A stretch of DNA of 64,000 nt from Ranitomeya imitator (GCF_032444005.1 NC_091288.1:219418001-219482000); one strand, 5' to 3'; positions 23,301 to 34,395 are shown, counted from the first letter of the stretch. The notes: a model not told the origin generated them from the sequence alone. Program-made: numbers and translations.

Positions 23301-26300
23301 AGCACCAGCCCTAACACCTCTACCCCAGGCCCTAAGCAATAAATTCAGGAGGTCTGTAATCCTAATCCTCCACAGGTCCGCCAAGTACCGGCCATTACCC
23401 CCCCCACCAAAGCGCCAACCCCAAGCCCTTACCCAAAGGCTTTCCCTTACCCATAAACTCAGACCCCCTATCGTCACAGTGCACTTACGCTGCAGTTTAC
23501 TCCGAATTTCCTTTGCGATACGTTTTATCTCTTCCCTCAAAGATTGTAAATCTTTCTTCATATCTGAGAACAGAAAGAAGCACCGAGATTAATGACCGCC
23601 CCGAGCTGCCGACCCCCGCAGCTGCTGACCGCCCCGAGCTGAACCCACCCCCCGCAGCTGCTGACCGCCCCGAGCTGAACCCACCCCCCGCAGCTGCTGA
23701 CCGCCCCGAGCTGAACCCACCCCCCGCAGCTGCTGACCGCCCCGAGCTGAACCCACCCCCCGCAGCTGCTGACCGCCCCGAGCTGAACCCACCCCCCGCA
23801 GCTGCTGACCGCCCCGAGCTGAACCCACCCCCCGCAGCTGCTGACCGCCCCGAGCTGAACCCACCCCCCGCAGCTGCTGACCACCCCGAGCTGAACCCAC
23901 CCCTCGCAGCTGCTGACCGCCCGAGCTGAACCCACCCCCCGCAGCTGCTGACCTCCCCGAGCTGAACCCACCCCCCGCAGCTGCTGACCGCCCCGAGCTG
24001 AACCCACCCCCCGCAGCTGCTGACCGCCCCGAGCTGAACCCACCCCCCGCAGCTGCTGACCGCCCCGAGCTGCCGACCCCCCGCAGCTGCTGACCGCCCC
24101 GAGCTGAACCCACCCCCCGCAGCTGCTGACCGCCCAGAGCTGAACCCACCCCCCGCAGCTGCTGACCGCCCCGAGCTGCTGAACCCACCCCCCGCAGCTG
24201 CTGACCGCCCGAGCTGAACCCACCCCCTGCAGCTGCTGACCACCCCGAGCTGAACCCACCCCTCGCAGCTGCTGACCGCCCGAGCTGAACCCACCCCCCG
24301 CAGCTGCTGACCTCCCTGAGCTGAACCCACCCCCCGCAGCTGCTGACCGCCCCGAGCTGAACCCACCCCCCGCAGCTGCTGACCGCCCCGAGCTGAACCC
24401 ACCCCCCGCAGCTGCTGACCGCCCCGAGCTGCCGACCCCCCGCAGCTGCTGACCGCCCCGAGCTGAACCCACCCCCCGCAGCTGCTGACCGCCCAGAGCT
24501 GAACCCACCCCCCGCAGCTGCTGACCGCCCAGAGCTGAACCCACCCCCCGCAGCTGCTGACCGCCCCGAGCTGCTGAACCCACCCCCCGCAGCTGCTGAC
24601 CGCCCGAGCTGAACCCACCCCCTGCAGCTGCTGACCTCCCCGAGCTGAACCCACCCCCCGCAGCTGCTGACCGCCCCGAGCTGAACCCACCCCCGCAGCT
24701 GCTGACCGCCCCGAGCTGAACCCACCCCCCGCAGCTGCTGACCGCCCGAGCTGAACCCACCCCCCGCAGCTGCTGACCGCCCGAGCTGAACCCACCCCCC
24801 GCAGCTGCTGACCTCCCCGAGCTGAACCCACCCCCCGCAGCTGCTGACCGCCCCGAGCTGAACCCACCCCCCACAGCTGCTGACCGCCCCGAGCTGAACC
24901 CACCCCCCGCAGCTGCTGACCTCCCCGAGCTGCTGAACCCACCCCCGCAGCTGCTGACCTCCCCGAGCTGAACCCACCCCCCCGCAGCTGCTGACCGCCC
25001 CGAGCTGCTGAACCCACCCCCCCGCAGCTGCTAACCTCCCCGAGCTGCTGAACCCACCCCCCGCAGCTGCTGACCGCCCCGAGCTGAACCCACCCCCCGC
25101 AGCTGCTGACCGCCCCGAGCTGCTGAACCCACCCCCCGCAGCTGCTGACCGCCCCGAGCTGAACCCACCCCCCGCAGCTGCTGATCGCCCCAAGCTGCTG
25201 AACCCACCCCCCGCAGCTGCTGACCGCCCCAAGCTGCTGAACCCACCCCCCGCAGCTGCTGACCGCCCCGAGCTGCTGAACCCACCCCCCGCAGCTGCTA
25301 ACCTCCCCGAGCTGCTGAACCCACCCCCCGCAGCTGCTGACCGCCCCGAGCTGAACCCACCCCCCGCAGCTGCTGACCGCCCCGAGCTGCTGAACCCACC
25401 CCCCGCAGCTGCTGACCGCCCCGAGCTGCTGAACCCACCCCCCGCAGCTGCTGACCGCCCCAAGCTGCTGAACCCACCCCCCGCAGCTGCTGACCGCCCC
25501 GAGCTGAACCCACCCCCCGCAGCTGCTGACCGCCCCGAGCTGCTGAACCCACCCCCCGCAGCTGCTGACCGCCCCGAGCTGAACCCACCCCCCGCAGCTG
25601 CTGACCGCCCCGAGCTGCCCCCCCCCCCAGCAGCTGCTGACCGCCCCGAGCTGAACCCACCCCTCGCAGCCGCTGACCGCCCCGAGCTGCCGCCCCACTC
25701 CCCACCCCCCGGAGCTGCCGACCACCCCGAGCTGCCACCAGCCCCCCTCCCCGGAGCTGCCGGCCACCTTGAGGCGCTGACATCTCCGAGCCGCCGACCG
25801 ATGTAAGAAATAACTGTGGATAGGAGCCGTGCAGAGTCACCGCGTCACAGGTGCAGTACGATTGTACCGAAATATGGAGAGGGGCAGAGCATGTGATGAG
25901 CGCCAGCTGCTGTGCAGAACTCATGGCCACCGCAGGGGGTGCAGGAGAGGTGGTCGCAGCAGCCGCTGCCCATTACCTGCCGGCCACGCCACTTACTGTC
26001 ATCCGGGAGCGGCTGGCTCAGGATCTTCACCTGACTGGACTCCAGCTCGGCCACTTTGCTGCTCAGGATGCCCATCGATTCCCGAATATCACGAGTCTAA
26101 GGAAAGAGACAATGGTGGTGAGGAGCGGCGCCCCCCGCTGGCTACTATGCACAGGACACCAGTCAGTACCATCCTGAAGAACTGGTGGTCCGTCTCAGAT
26201 TCGTCGCTGCCGCCATTCGACATCGAGATGAAAACTTTCTGCTCATCGGGCTCCGAGTCGCTGTCACCCTGAAACAAGACGGGGGTAAGAACAACGTGAC

Positions 26301-28630
26301 CAGAGGAGGAAACCCACCGAACACCGGACAGGAGGGGTCCGCGGCCTGAGGAGACTTTCCCCGGACCCCTCATCACTGGCCTCTTCTTAAGACGTGTAGT
26401 CCTACAGGGGCAGAGTGCTGGGACGTGTAGTCCTACAGGGGCAGAGCACGCTGGGACGTGTAGTCCTACAGGGGCAGAGTGCTGGGACGTGTAGTCCTAC
26501 AGGGGCAGAGCGTGCTGGGACGTGTAGTCCTACAGGGGCAGAGCGTGCTGGGACGTGTAGTCCTACAGGGGCAGAGTGCTGGGACGTGTAGTCCTACAGG
26601 GGCAGAGCACGCTGGGACGTGTAGTCCTACAGGGGCAGAGTGCTGGGACGTGTAGTCCTACAGGGGCAGAGCGTGCTGGGACGTGTAGTCCTACAGGGGC
26701 AGAGCGCTGGGACGTGTAGTCCTACAGGGGCAGAGTGGGCTGGGACGTGTAGTCCTACAGGGGCAGAGTGGGCTGGGACGTGTAGTCCTACAGGGGCAGA
26801 GCGTGCTGGGACGTGTAGTCCTACAGGGGCAGAGCGCTGGGACGTGTAGTCCTACAGGGGCAGAGTGGGCTGGGACGTGTAGTCCTACAGGGGCAGAGCG
26901 CTGGGACGTGTAGTCCTACAGGGGCAGAGTGGGCTGGGACGTGTAGTCCTACAGGGGCAGAGTGGGCTGGGACGTGTAGTCCTACAGGGGCAGAGTGCTG
27001 GGACGTGTAGTCCTACAGGGGCAGAGTGCTGGGACGTGTAGTCCTACAGGGGCAGAGCGTGCTGGGACGTGTAGTCCTACAGGGGCAGAGCGTGCTGGGA
27101 CGTGTAGTCCTACAGGGGCAGAGTGCTGGGACGTGTAGTCCTACAGGGGCAGAGCACGCTGGGACGTGTAGTCCTACAGGGGCAGAGTGCTGGGACGTGT
27201 AGTCCTACAGGGGCAGAGCGTGCTGGGACGTGTAGTCCTACAGGGGCAGAGCGCTGGGACGTGTAGTCCTACAGGGGCAGAGTGGGCTGGGACGTGTAGT
27301 CCTACAGGGGCAGAGTGGGCTGGGACGTGTAGTCCTACAGGGGCAGAGTGGGCTGGGACGTGTAGTCCTACAGGGGCAGAGTGGGCTGGGACGTGTAGTC
27401 CTACAGGGGCAGAGTGCTGGGACGTGTAGTCCTACAGGGGCAGAGAGTGCTGGGACGTATAGTCCTACAGGGGCAGAGCGCTGGGACGTGTAGTCCTACA
27501 GGGGCAGAGCGCTGGGACGTGTAGTCCTACAGGGGCAGAGTGGGCTGGGACGTGTAGTCCTACAGGGGCAGAGTGCTGGGACGTGTAGTCCTACAGGGGC
27601 AGAGCGTGCTGGGACGTGTAGTCCTACAGGGGCAGAGCGCTGGGACGTGTAGTCCTACAGGGGCAGAGTGGGCTGGGACGTGTAGTCCTACAGGGGCAGA
27701 GTGCTGGGACGTGTAGTCCTACAGGGGCAGAGTGCTGGGACGTGTAGTCCTACAGGGGCAGAGTGCTGGGACGTGTAGTCCTACAGGGGCAGAGTGCTGG
27801 GACGTGTAGTCCTACAGGGGCAGAGTGCTGGGACGTGTAGTCCTACAGGGGCAGAGTGCTGGGACGTGTAGTCCTACAGGGGCAGAGCGTGCTGGGACGT
27901 GTAGTCCTACAGGGGCAGAGTGCTGGGACGTGTAGTCCTACAGGGGCAGAGTGCTGGGACGTGTAGTCCTACAGGGGCAGAGCGTGCTGGGACGTGTAGT
28001 CCTACAGGGGCAGAGTGCTGGGACGTGTAGTCCTACAGGGGCAGAGTGCTGGGACGTGTAGTCCTACAGGGGCAGAGAGTGCTGGGACGTGTAGTCCTAC
28101 AGGGGCAGAGCACGCTGGGACGTATAGTCCTACAGGGGCAGGGAGTGCTGGGACGTGTAGTCCTACAGGGGCAGAGCGGGCTGGGACGTGTAGTCCTACA
28201 GGGGCAGAGCACGCTGGGACGTATAGTCCTACAGGGGCAGGGAGTGCTGGGACGTGTAGTCCTACAGGGGCAGAGTGCTGGGACGTGTAGTCCTACAGGG
28301 GCAGAGAGTGCTGGGACGTGTAGTCCTACAGGGGCAGAGAGTGCTGGGACGTGTAGTCCTACAGGGGCAGAGCACGCTGGGACGTATAGTCCTACAGGGG
28401 CAGGGAGTGCTGGGACGTGTAGTCCTACAGGGGCAGAGCGGGCTGGGACGTGTAGTCCTACAGGGGCAGAGCACGCTGGGACGTGTAGTCCTACAGGGGC
28501 AGGGAGTGCTGGGACGTGTAGTCCTCCAGCCGCAGTGGTCAGTCCGGGCAGTGTGGAGGCCGCCCCCGCTGTCACCCGTCGCCCCCTGCTGGCCGCTCAC
28601 CGCGCTCAGCTCCTTGGTCCGGTCCCTCAT
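20293..28630 (-). CDS. STX4: Syntaxin-4, complete 10-exon CDS, 885 nt / 294 aa (spliced span)
   Basis: complement(join(28601-28630, 26170-26268, 25997-26096, 23489-23563, 22275-22342, 22079-22187, 21893-21966, 20653-20790, 20458-20568, 20293-20373)). All introns are GT-AG and the phases are compatible. Protein: [19 protein letters not shown]...Habc...[57 protein letters not shown] (SNARE)...[26 protein letters not shown] (TM anchor). ILKDTQVT and MRDRT are STX4-type as I recognise them. Confidence 0.95.
20458..20568 (-). CDS. STX4: STX4 exon 9 ([10 protein letters not shown]...RQKARK)
   Basis: 111 nt; TCTCAG| acceptor and |GTGAGA donor. Confidence 0.94.
20653..20790 (-). CDS. STX4: STX4 exon 8 (ILKDTQVT...EVEAQ, SNARE motif)
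   Basis: 138 nt; TTTTGTGCAG| acceptor and |GTATGA donor. Confidence 0.95.
20900..21830. repeat. Degenerate C-rich minisatellite filling STX4 intron 7
   Basis: Recurrent CCCTCATCC(T/G)CCACCAA / GCCCAAC motifs with irregular period. Confidence 0.75.
21893..21966 (-). CDS. STX4: STX4 exon 7 ([25 protein letters not shown])
   Basis: 74 nt; TTCACAG| acceptor and |GTAAGA donor. Confidence 0.93.
22079..22187 (-). CDS. STX4: STX4 exon 6 ([16 protein letters not shown]...KRQLQI)
   Basis: 109 nt; CTTGCAG| acceptor and |GTATGT donor. Confidence 0.94.
22275..22342 (-). CDS. STX4: STX4 exon 5 ([22 protein letters not shown])
   Basis: 68 nt; ATTACAG| acceptor and |GTATCG donor. Confidence 0.9.
22600..23290. 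repeat. C-rich minisatellite, ~33-36-bp unit CCCCAACTCCTCCACCATGGGCCCCCCCAAGTGCCAG, in STX4 intron 4
   Basis: Tandem copies with a variable poly-C tract. Confidence 0.92.
23489..23563 (-). CDS. STX4: STX4 exon 4 ([24 protein letters not shown])
   Basis: 75 nt; TTCTCAG| acceptor and |GTAAGT donor. Confidence 0.94.
23593..25740. repeat. Minisatellite, 36-bp unit GCTGAACCCACCCCCCGCAGCTGCTGACCGCCCCGA, in STX4 intron 3
   Basis: Period of 36 (GAAC at 23641 and 23677), with 35-39-bp variants. Confidence 0.97.
25997..26096 (-). CDS. STX4: STX4 exon 3 ([33 protein letters not shown])
   Basis: 100 nt; TTCCTTAG| acceptor and |GTAAGT donor. Confidence 0.92.
26170..26268 (-). CDS. STX4: STX4 exon 2 ([10 protein letters not shown]...DHQFFRM)
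   Basis: 99 nt; GTTTCAG| acceptor and a weaker |GTACTG donor. It keeps frame with exons 1 and 3. Confidence 0.85.
26391..28524. repeat. Minisatellite, 31-33-bp unit GGGACGTGTAGTCCTACAGGGGCAGAG(T/CG/CAC/TGG)GCT, in STX4 intron 1
   Basis: About 65 tandem copies; the invariant core GGGACGTGTAGTCCTACAGGGGCAG is visible throughout. Confidence 0.98.
28601..28630 (-). CDS. STX4: STX4 exon 1 coding part ([10 protein letters not shown])
   Basis: ATG at 28630-28628; |GTGAGC donor at 28600; syntaxin N-peptide. Confidence 0.92.
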
Positions 28631-29340
28631 TCTGCCTCCGGATAGTTTCACGGTCACTCCTCTCGATCACTTCTCAGAACTTAGTTTCTCCTACTTCCAC
28701 TGCTACTGCGCATGCTCTGCTCCGGCCACGCCCACTGCACCCTTCCTGCGACTGAAGAGCCATAGAGGCGAGCGGGGCGCCCTGTGCGGAGGATGCTGGG
28801 ATACTGGAGGACCGGAGCTGCGGGTGTGCCGGAGCGGTGTAATGACGGGAGTGCGGGCCGGGACGAGTAACGGTGTATAATCAGCTTATATCAGTCCTGT
28901 AAAATATAATGTTTTATTATAATACAAAAGAGTGATGACGTCACCTGACTGCTGAGGGCTGTGATTGGCTGCATTCGTCAGGTGACTGCTCCAAGCCACC
29001 TGGTCTGAGCGGCCAATCAGAGGCTGCAGTGGTCAGGTGACTTACTGTGTGGAGCCCCCCGGAGCGGCCATTACTGGGGGCGAGAGCGGCAGATGTTCTC
29101 CTGTCATAACCGTCCCTGAAATTGTGACAGGCGACGACGCATTTAAGGCCATTGCTTCACTAATAGCCCGAGTGTTGTGGAGACACGAGACGCCGAGGAG
29201 AAGACACCTCCAGGACGAGGCGCGGTGACGTCTCCGGTGTCCCCTCACAGGAGCCGACCAGCACACGGGGTCACAGGACATTGATGGCCCAGCGAGCAGC
29301 ACAGCGCCCTGTAGTGGCCGCACTCTGCTACTGCGCAATA
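28631..29340. promoter_or_regulatory. STX4 5'UTR/promoter CpG island
   Basis: CpG-rich. NRF1-like TGCGCATGC (28707-28715); CRE TGACGTCA (28936-28943); ATTGG at 28964 and CCAAT at 29013; GTCAGGTGAC x3. Confidence 0.7.
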
Positions 29341-29373
29341 GAACTACACAGCGCTGTGCTGATCCGGGACTAA

Positions 29374-29777
29374 AGGTCCCATCACACTGAGCAACTTACC
29401 AACGAGAACGACAGCGATCCGTGACGTTGCAGCGTCCTGGATAGCGATCTCGTTGTGTTTGACACGCAGCAGCGATCAGGATCCCGCTGTGACATCGCTG
29501 GTCGGAGCTAGAAGGCCAGAACTTTATTTCGTCGTCAGGTCGGCGTGATTCGTCATGTTTGACAGCAAAAGCAACGATGCCAGCAATGTTTTACATGGAG
29601 CAACAACCAGCGAGAACGATAAGCGAGTCGCCGTTACGTCACTGGATCGCTCCTGCATCGTTCTGGAGTTGTTGTGTTTGACGTCTCTACAGCGACCTAA
29701 ACAGCGACGCTGCAGCGATCTAGTGTAGGTCAGACATTGTCTATATCGCTGCAGCGTCGCTAAATGTGACGGTACCT
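29374..29777. mobile_element. MITE with short TIRs and TAA target-site duplication (PIF/Harbinger-like)
   Basis: TAA|AGGTCCCATCACACT ... AATGTGACGGTACCT|TAA (TAA at 29371-29373 and 29778-29780). A TWA duplication is characteristic of PIF/Harbinger elements. Confidence 0.72.
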
Positions 29778-29904
29778 TAAGGAAGGGTCATCAGGATCAC
29801 AGAACCGGAGAGGCCTCCTAGTAAACACTGTCCATTGTCCTGTGCTCACAGTCATGTCCAACCAGTACGTGACATCATCATCACCTGTCACTGACTCTGC
29901 CCTC

Positions 29905-31975
29905 TCCACCCTCATGTACCCCCATCCAGACTCCTGAGACCCCTCTGCTCCCATCCAGACTCTTCTGTCCTCTCCACCCCCATCCAGACTCCTGAGACCC
30001 CTCTGCTCCCATCCAGACTCTTCTGTCCTCTCCACCCCCATGTACCCCATCCAGACTCCTGAGACCCCTCTGCTCCCATCCAGACTCTTCTGTCCTCTCC
30101 ACCCCCATGTACCCCCCCATCCAGACTCCTGCTACCCCTCTGCTCCTATCTTGACTCCTGTCCTCTCCACCCTCATGTACCCCCCATCCAGACTCCTGAG
30201 ACCCCTCTGCTCCCATCCAGACTCTTCTATCCTCTCCACCCCCTATGTACCCCGCATCCAGACTCCTGCTACCCCTCTGCTCCTATCTTGACTCCTGTCC
30301 TCTCCACCCTCATGTACCCCCCATCCAGACTCCTGAGACCCCTCTGCTCCCATCCAGACTCCTCTGTCCTCTCCACCCCCATCCAGACTCCTGAGACCCC
30401 TCTGCTCCCATCCAGACTCTTCTGTCCTCTCCACCCCCATGTACCCTATCCAGACTCCTCTGTCCTCTGTACCCCCATCCAGATTTCTGAGACCCCTCTG
30501 CTCCTATCCTAGTATCCTGACTCTTCTGTCCTCTCCACCCCCATGTACCCCCCATCTAGACTCCTGAGACCCCTCTGCTCCCATCCAGACTCCTCTGTCC
30601 TCTCCACCCCCATGTACCCCCCATCCAGACTCCTGAGACCCCTCTGCTCCCATCCAGACTCTTCTGTCCTCTCCACCCCCATGTACCCCCCATCCAGACA
30701 CCTGAGACCCATCTGCTCCCATCCAGACTCCTCTGTCCTCTCCACCCCCATGTACCCCCCATCTAGACTCCTGAGACCCCTCTGCTCCCATCCAGACTCT
30801 TCTGTCCTCTCCACCCCCATGTACCCCCCATCCAGACACCTGAGACCCATCTGCTCCCATCCAGACTCCTCTGTCCTCTCCACCCCCATGTACCCCCCAT
30901 CCAGACTCCTGAGACCCCTCTGCTCCCATCCAGACTCCTCTGTCCTCTCCACCCCCATGTACCCCCCATCCGGTCTCCTGAGACCCCTCTGCTCCTATCC
31001 TGACTCTTCTGTCCTCTCCACCCCCATGTACCCCCCATCTAGACACCTGAGACCCATCTGCTCCTATCCTGGCTCTTCTGTCCTCTCCACCCCCATGTAC
31101 CCCCCATCCAGACTCCTGAGACCCCTCTGCTCCCATCCAGACTCTTCTATCCTCTCCACCCCCTATGTACCCCCCCATCCAGACTCCTGAGACCCCTCTG
31201 CTCCCATCCAGACTCTTCTGTCCTCTCCACCCCCATGTACCCCCCCATCCAGACTCCTGCTACCCCTCTGCTCCTATCTTGACTCCTCTGTCCTCTCCAC
31301 CCTCATGTACCCCCCATCCAGACTCCTGAGACCCCTCTGCTCCCATCCAGACTCTTCTGTCCTCTCCACCCCCTATGTACCTGCCATCCAGACTCCTGAG
31401 ACCCCTCTGCTCCCATCCAGACTCTTCTGTCCTCTCCACCCCCTATGTACCTGCCATCCAGACTCCTGAGACCCCTCTGCTCCCATCCAGACTCTTCTAT
31501 CCTCTCCACCCCCTATGTACCCACCCATCCAGACTCCTGAGACCCCTCTGCTCCCATCCAGACTCTTCTGTCCTCTCCACCCCCATGTACCCCCCATCCA
31601 GACTCCTGCTACCCCTCTGCTCCTATCTTGACTCCTCTGTCCTCTCAACCCTCATGTACCCCCCATCCAGACTCCTGAGACCCCTCTGCTCCCATCCAGA
31701 CTCCTCTGTCCTCTCCACCCCCATCCAGACTCCTGAGACCCCTCTGCTCCTATCCTGACTCTTCTGTCCTCTCCACCCCCATGTACCCCCCATCCAGATT
31801 TCTGAGACCCCTCTGCTCCTATCCTGACTCTTCTGTCCTCTCCACCCCCATGTACCCCCCATCCAGACTCCTGAGACCCCTCTGCTCCCATCCAGACTCT
31901 TCTGTCCTCTCCACCCCCATGTACCCCCCCCATCCAGACTCCTGAGACCCCTCTGCTCCTATCCTGGCTCTTTTG
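29905..31975. repeat. Minisatellite, ~69-bp unit (CATCCAGACTCCTGAGACCCCTCTGCTCCCATCCAGACTCTTCTGTCCTCTCCACCCCCATGTACCCCC)
   Basis: In-frame peptide repeat MYPPSRLLRPLCSHPDSSVLSTP is 23 aa = 69 bp; each unit has two CATCCAGACTC subrepeats. Confidence 0.96.
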
Positions 31976-32799
31976 TCCTCATCCTCACTTCTCTGTCCCC
32001 CTCCAGACTTTTCAAATCTTCTCCAGACCTATCTGTCCCTTTTCAGACCACTCTGTCCTCACATGATGTCTCTGAGCCCTACAAACAATACTGACCCATC
32101 AAAACCTTTCCATCCTACTCCAGACTCCTCTCTCCCCCCAGGCCCCTTTGCTCCCAGCTTCTCTGTCCCATCCCGGCCTCTCTGTTCCTTTGTCGCCCTC
32201 ATATTCAGCACAGAAACATGGCTTCATTCTAAATTGTAAATGAAACATGAGCTAGCACTCTATTTTGACCCCTTGTTTTATGGCCCCCCGCTGTGAACAG
32301 TTATTGAAGTGGGTTACCTGATGGAGAGCAGACATGGAGTCTGTACACAGAGGAAACAACAGGCATTGTGACGACACTTTTCTCTCCTGTATAAATAAGT
32401 TTTTCTTTCTACCAAGAACTACAAGCAGCCGAGATGGAGCCGGATACCAGGTAAGAGCATTGGATTTTTTCAGTGACGGGTGTGGAGACATATTTTCGGC
32501 ATCATGTCTTAGACTGTGCATTTATTTACATCAGTGGGCGGATAGTGCATCAGCCCAGAATTAATATCGCCCGGACGGATAACGTTATTTATGCCAAGTG
32601 TCATATGGATAGAAGGCTAAAATAGTGATGGCAAATATGGCATGAATATCTTCCACCATGTGAGGCTCGTTCACACTCACCTGTGGCAAGTAACAGGTGT
32701 GGGAAATATGAAAATCACACCTGAAACCAGATAAAAAGGGAAGAAGCTGACTCGATCTTTGCATTGTGTGTCTGTGAGTGTGCCGCACTAAGCATTGAG

Positions 32800-33345
32800 A
32801 ACAGAAAGAGGAGAAGAGAACTGTTTGAGGAGTTAAGAACGAAAAAAGTTGAAAAATATCAATAATCTCAAGGTTACAAGTCCATCTCCAGAGATCTTGA
32901 TGTTCTTTGTCCATGAGGTGCAACATAATCAAGAAGTTTACAGCCCATGGCACTGTAGCTAATCTTCCTGGACGTGGACAGCGGAGAAAAATTGCTGAAA
33001 GGTTGTAACGCAGGATAGTCCGGATGGTGGATAAGCAGCTCCGATAAAGGTCCAAAGAAATCCAAGCTGTCCTGCCGGCTCAGGTGGCATCAGTGTCAGC
33101 GCAAACTATCCATCAACATGGGAATGTAATGAAACGCTATGGCAGGAGACCCAGGAGGACCCCACTGCTGATACAGAGACAGAAAAAAAAACTAGACTGC
33201 AGTTTGCCCAAATGTATGTGAGTAAGCCAAAATTTTTCTGGGAAAGCGTGTTGTGGACAGATGAGACGGAGATAGAGGTTTTTGGTAAAACACATCATTC
33301 CACTGTTTACAGAAAACTGAATGAGACCTATAAAGAAAAGCCATT
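32800..33345 (+). mobile_element. Decayed Tc1 transposase, N-terminal half
   Basis: Frame pieces GYKSISRDL, IIKKFTAHGTVANLPGRG, GRRPRRTPLL and FWESVLWTDETEIEVFG (ORF 33212). Confidence 0.82.
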
Positions 33346-33489
33346 CAGAGGTGACACTTGCTGGTGTGTTTTGGACCATTGTTCTGCTGCATAACCCAAG
33401 TGCACTATAGCTTGAGGTCATAAACAGATGGCCGCACATTTTCCTTCAGGATTTTCTGGTCGACAGCAGAATTCATGGTTCAGTTTACC

Positions 33490-34395
33490 ACCGCAAGTCT
33501 TCCAAGTCCTGAAACAGCAAAACAGCCCCGGCCATCACACTACCACCACCATATTTTACTGTTGGTATGGTGTTTCTTTTCTGAAATGCTGCATTACTTC
33601 TACACCAGATGCAATGGGACATAAACCTTCCAAAAAGTTCAGCTCTTGTCTCGTCAGTCTACACAGTATTCTCCCAAACGTCTTGGGGAACATCAAGATG
33701 TTTTCTGGCAAAACTGAGGCAAGCCTTTATGTTGTTATTGCTCAGCAGTGGTTTTCGTCTTGGCACTCTGCCATGCAGCTATTTTTTGCCCAGTCTCTTT
33801 CTTATTATGGAGTCATGAACATTGACCTTAGCTGAGGCAAGTGAGGCCTGCAGTTCTTTGGATGTTGTTGTGGGGTCTTTTGTGACCTCTTGGATGAGTC
33901 TTCGCTGCGCTCTTTGTAATTTTGGTAGGCTTGCCACTCCTGGGAAGGTTCAACTCTGTTCCATGTTTTCGCCATTTGCTGATAATGGATGTCACTGTGG
34001 TTCACTGGAGTCCCAAAGCTTTAGAAATGGCTTTATAACCTTTTCCAGACTGATAGATCTGTTACTTTGTTTCTCATTTGTTACAGAATTTCTTTGGATC
34101 GCGACATGATGTCTAGCTTTTGAGGATCTTTTGGTCTACTTCACTTTGTCAGGCAGGTCCTATTTAAGTGATTTCATGATTGAGAATCAGTAATCAGGCC
34201 TGAGTGTGACTAGGGAATGTGATCTCAGCTTCCCAAAGATGTGATAAACCACAGTTAGTTTATGTTTTAAGGCTCAGGGGGCAACCACTTTTTCACAGGA
34301 GGTTTGGATTTCTTTTTCCCTTAATAATAAAGACCTTCATTTGTAAACTGCATTTTGTGACTACTTGTGTTATCTTTGTCTAATATTTACAATTG
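33490..34395 (-). mobile_element. Decayed Tc1 element (different family), transposase N-terminus plus left-end sequence
   Basis: The minus strand gives QSGKGYKAISKAL, SKWRKHGT..LPRSGKP and IQEVTKDPTTTSKELQASLAS, interrupted by stops and frameshifts. Confidence 0.8.

Noticed and set aside
26391-28524. CRISPR-like appearance (constant ~25-bp core plus short variable part); the same applies to 56010-57750
   Set aside because: The variable parts are 5-8-nt variants of one sequence, not unique 25-45-nt spacers. There are no cas genes and the context is a spliced vertebrate gene.
28631-28657. N-terminal extension MTVKLSGGR of STX4 suggested by ORF 28262-28657
   Set aside because: The track starts at GTG; the first ATG (28630) gives the canonical MRDRT N-peptide and a 30-nt coding exon.
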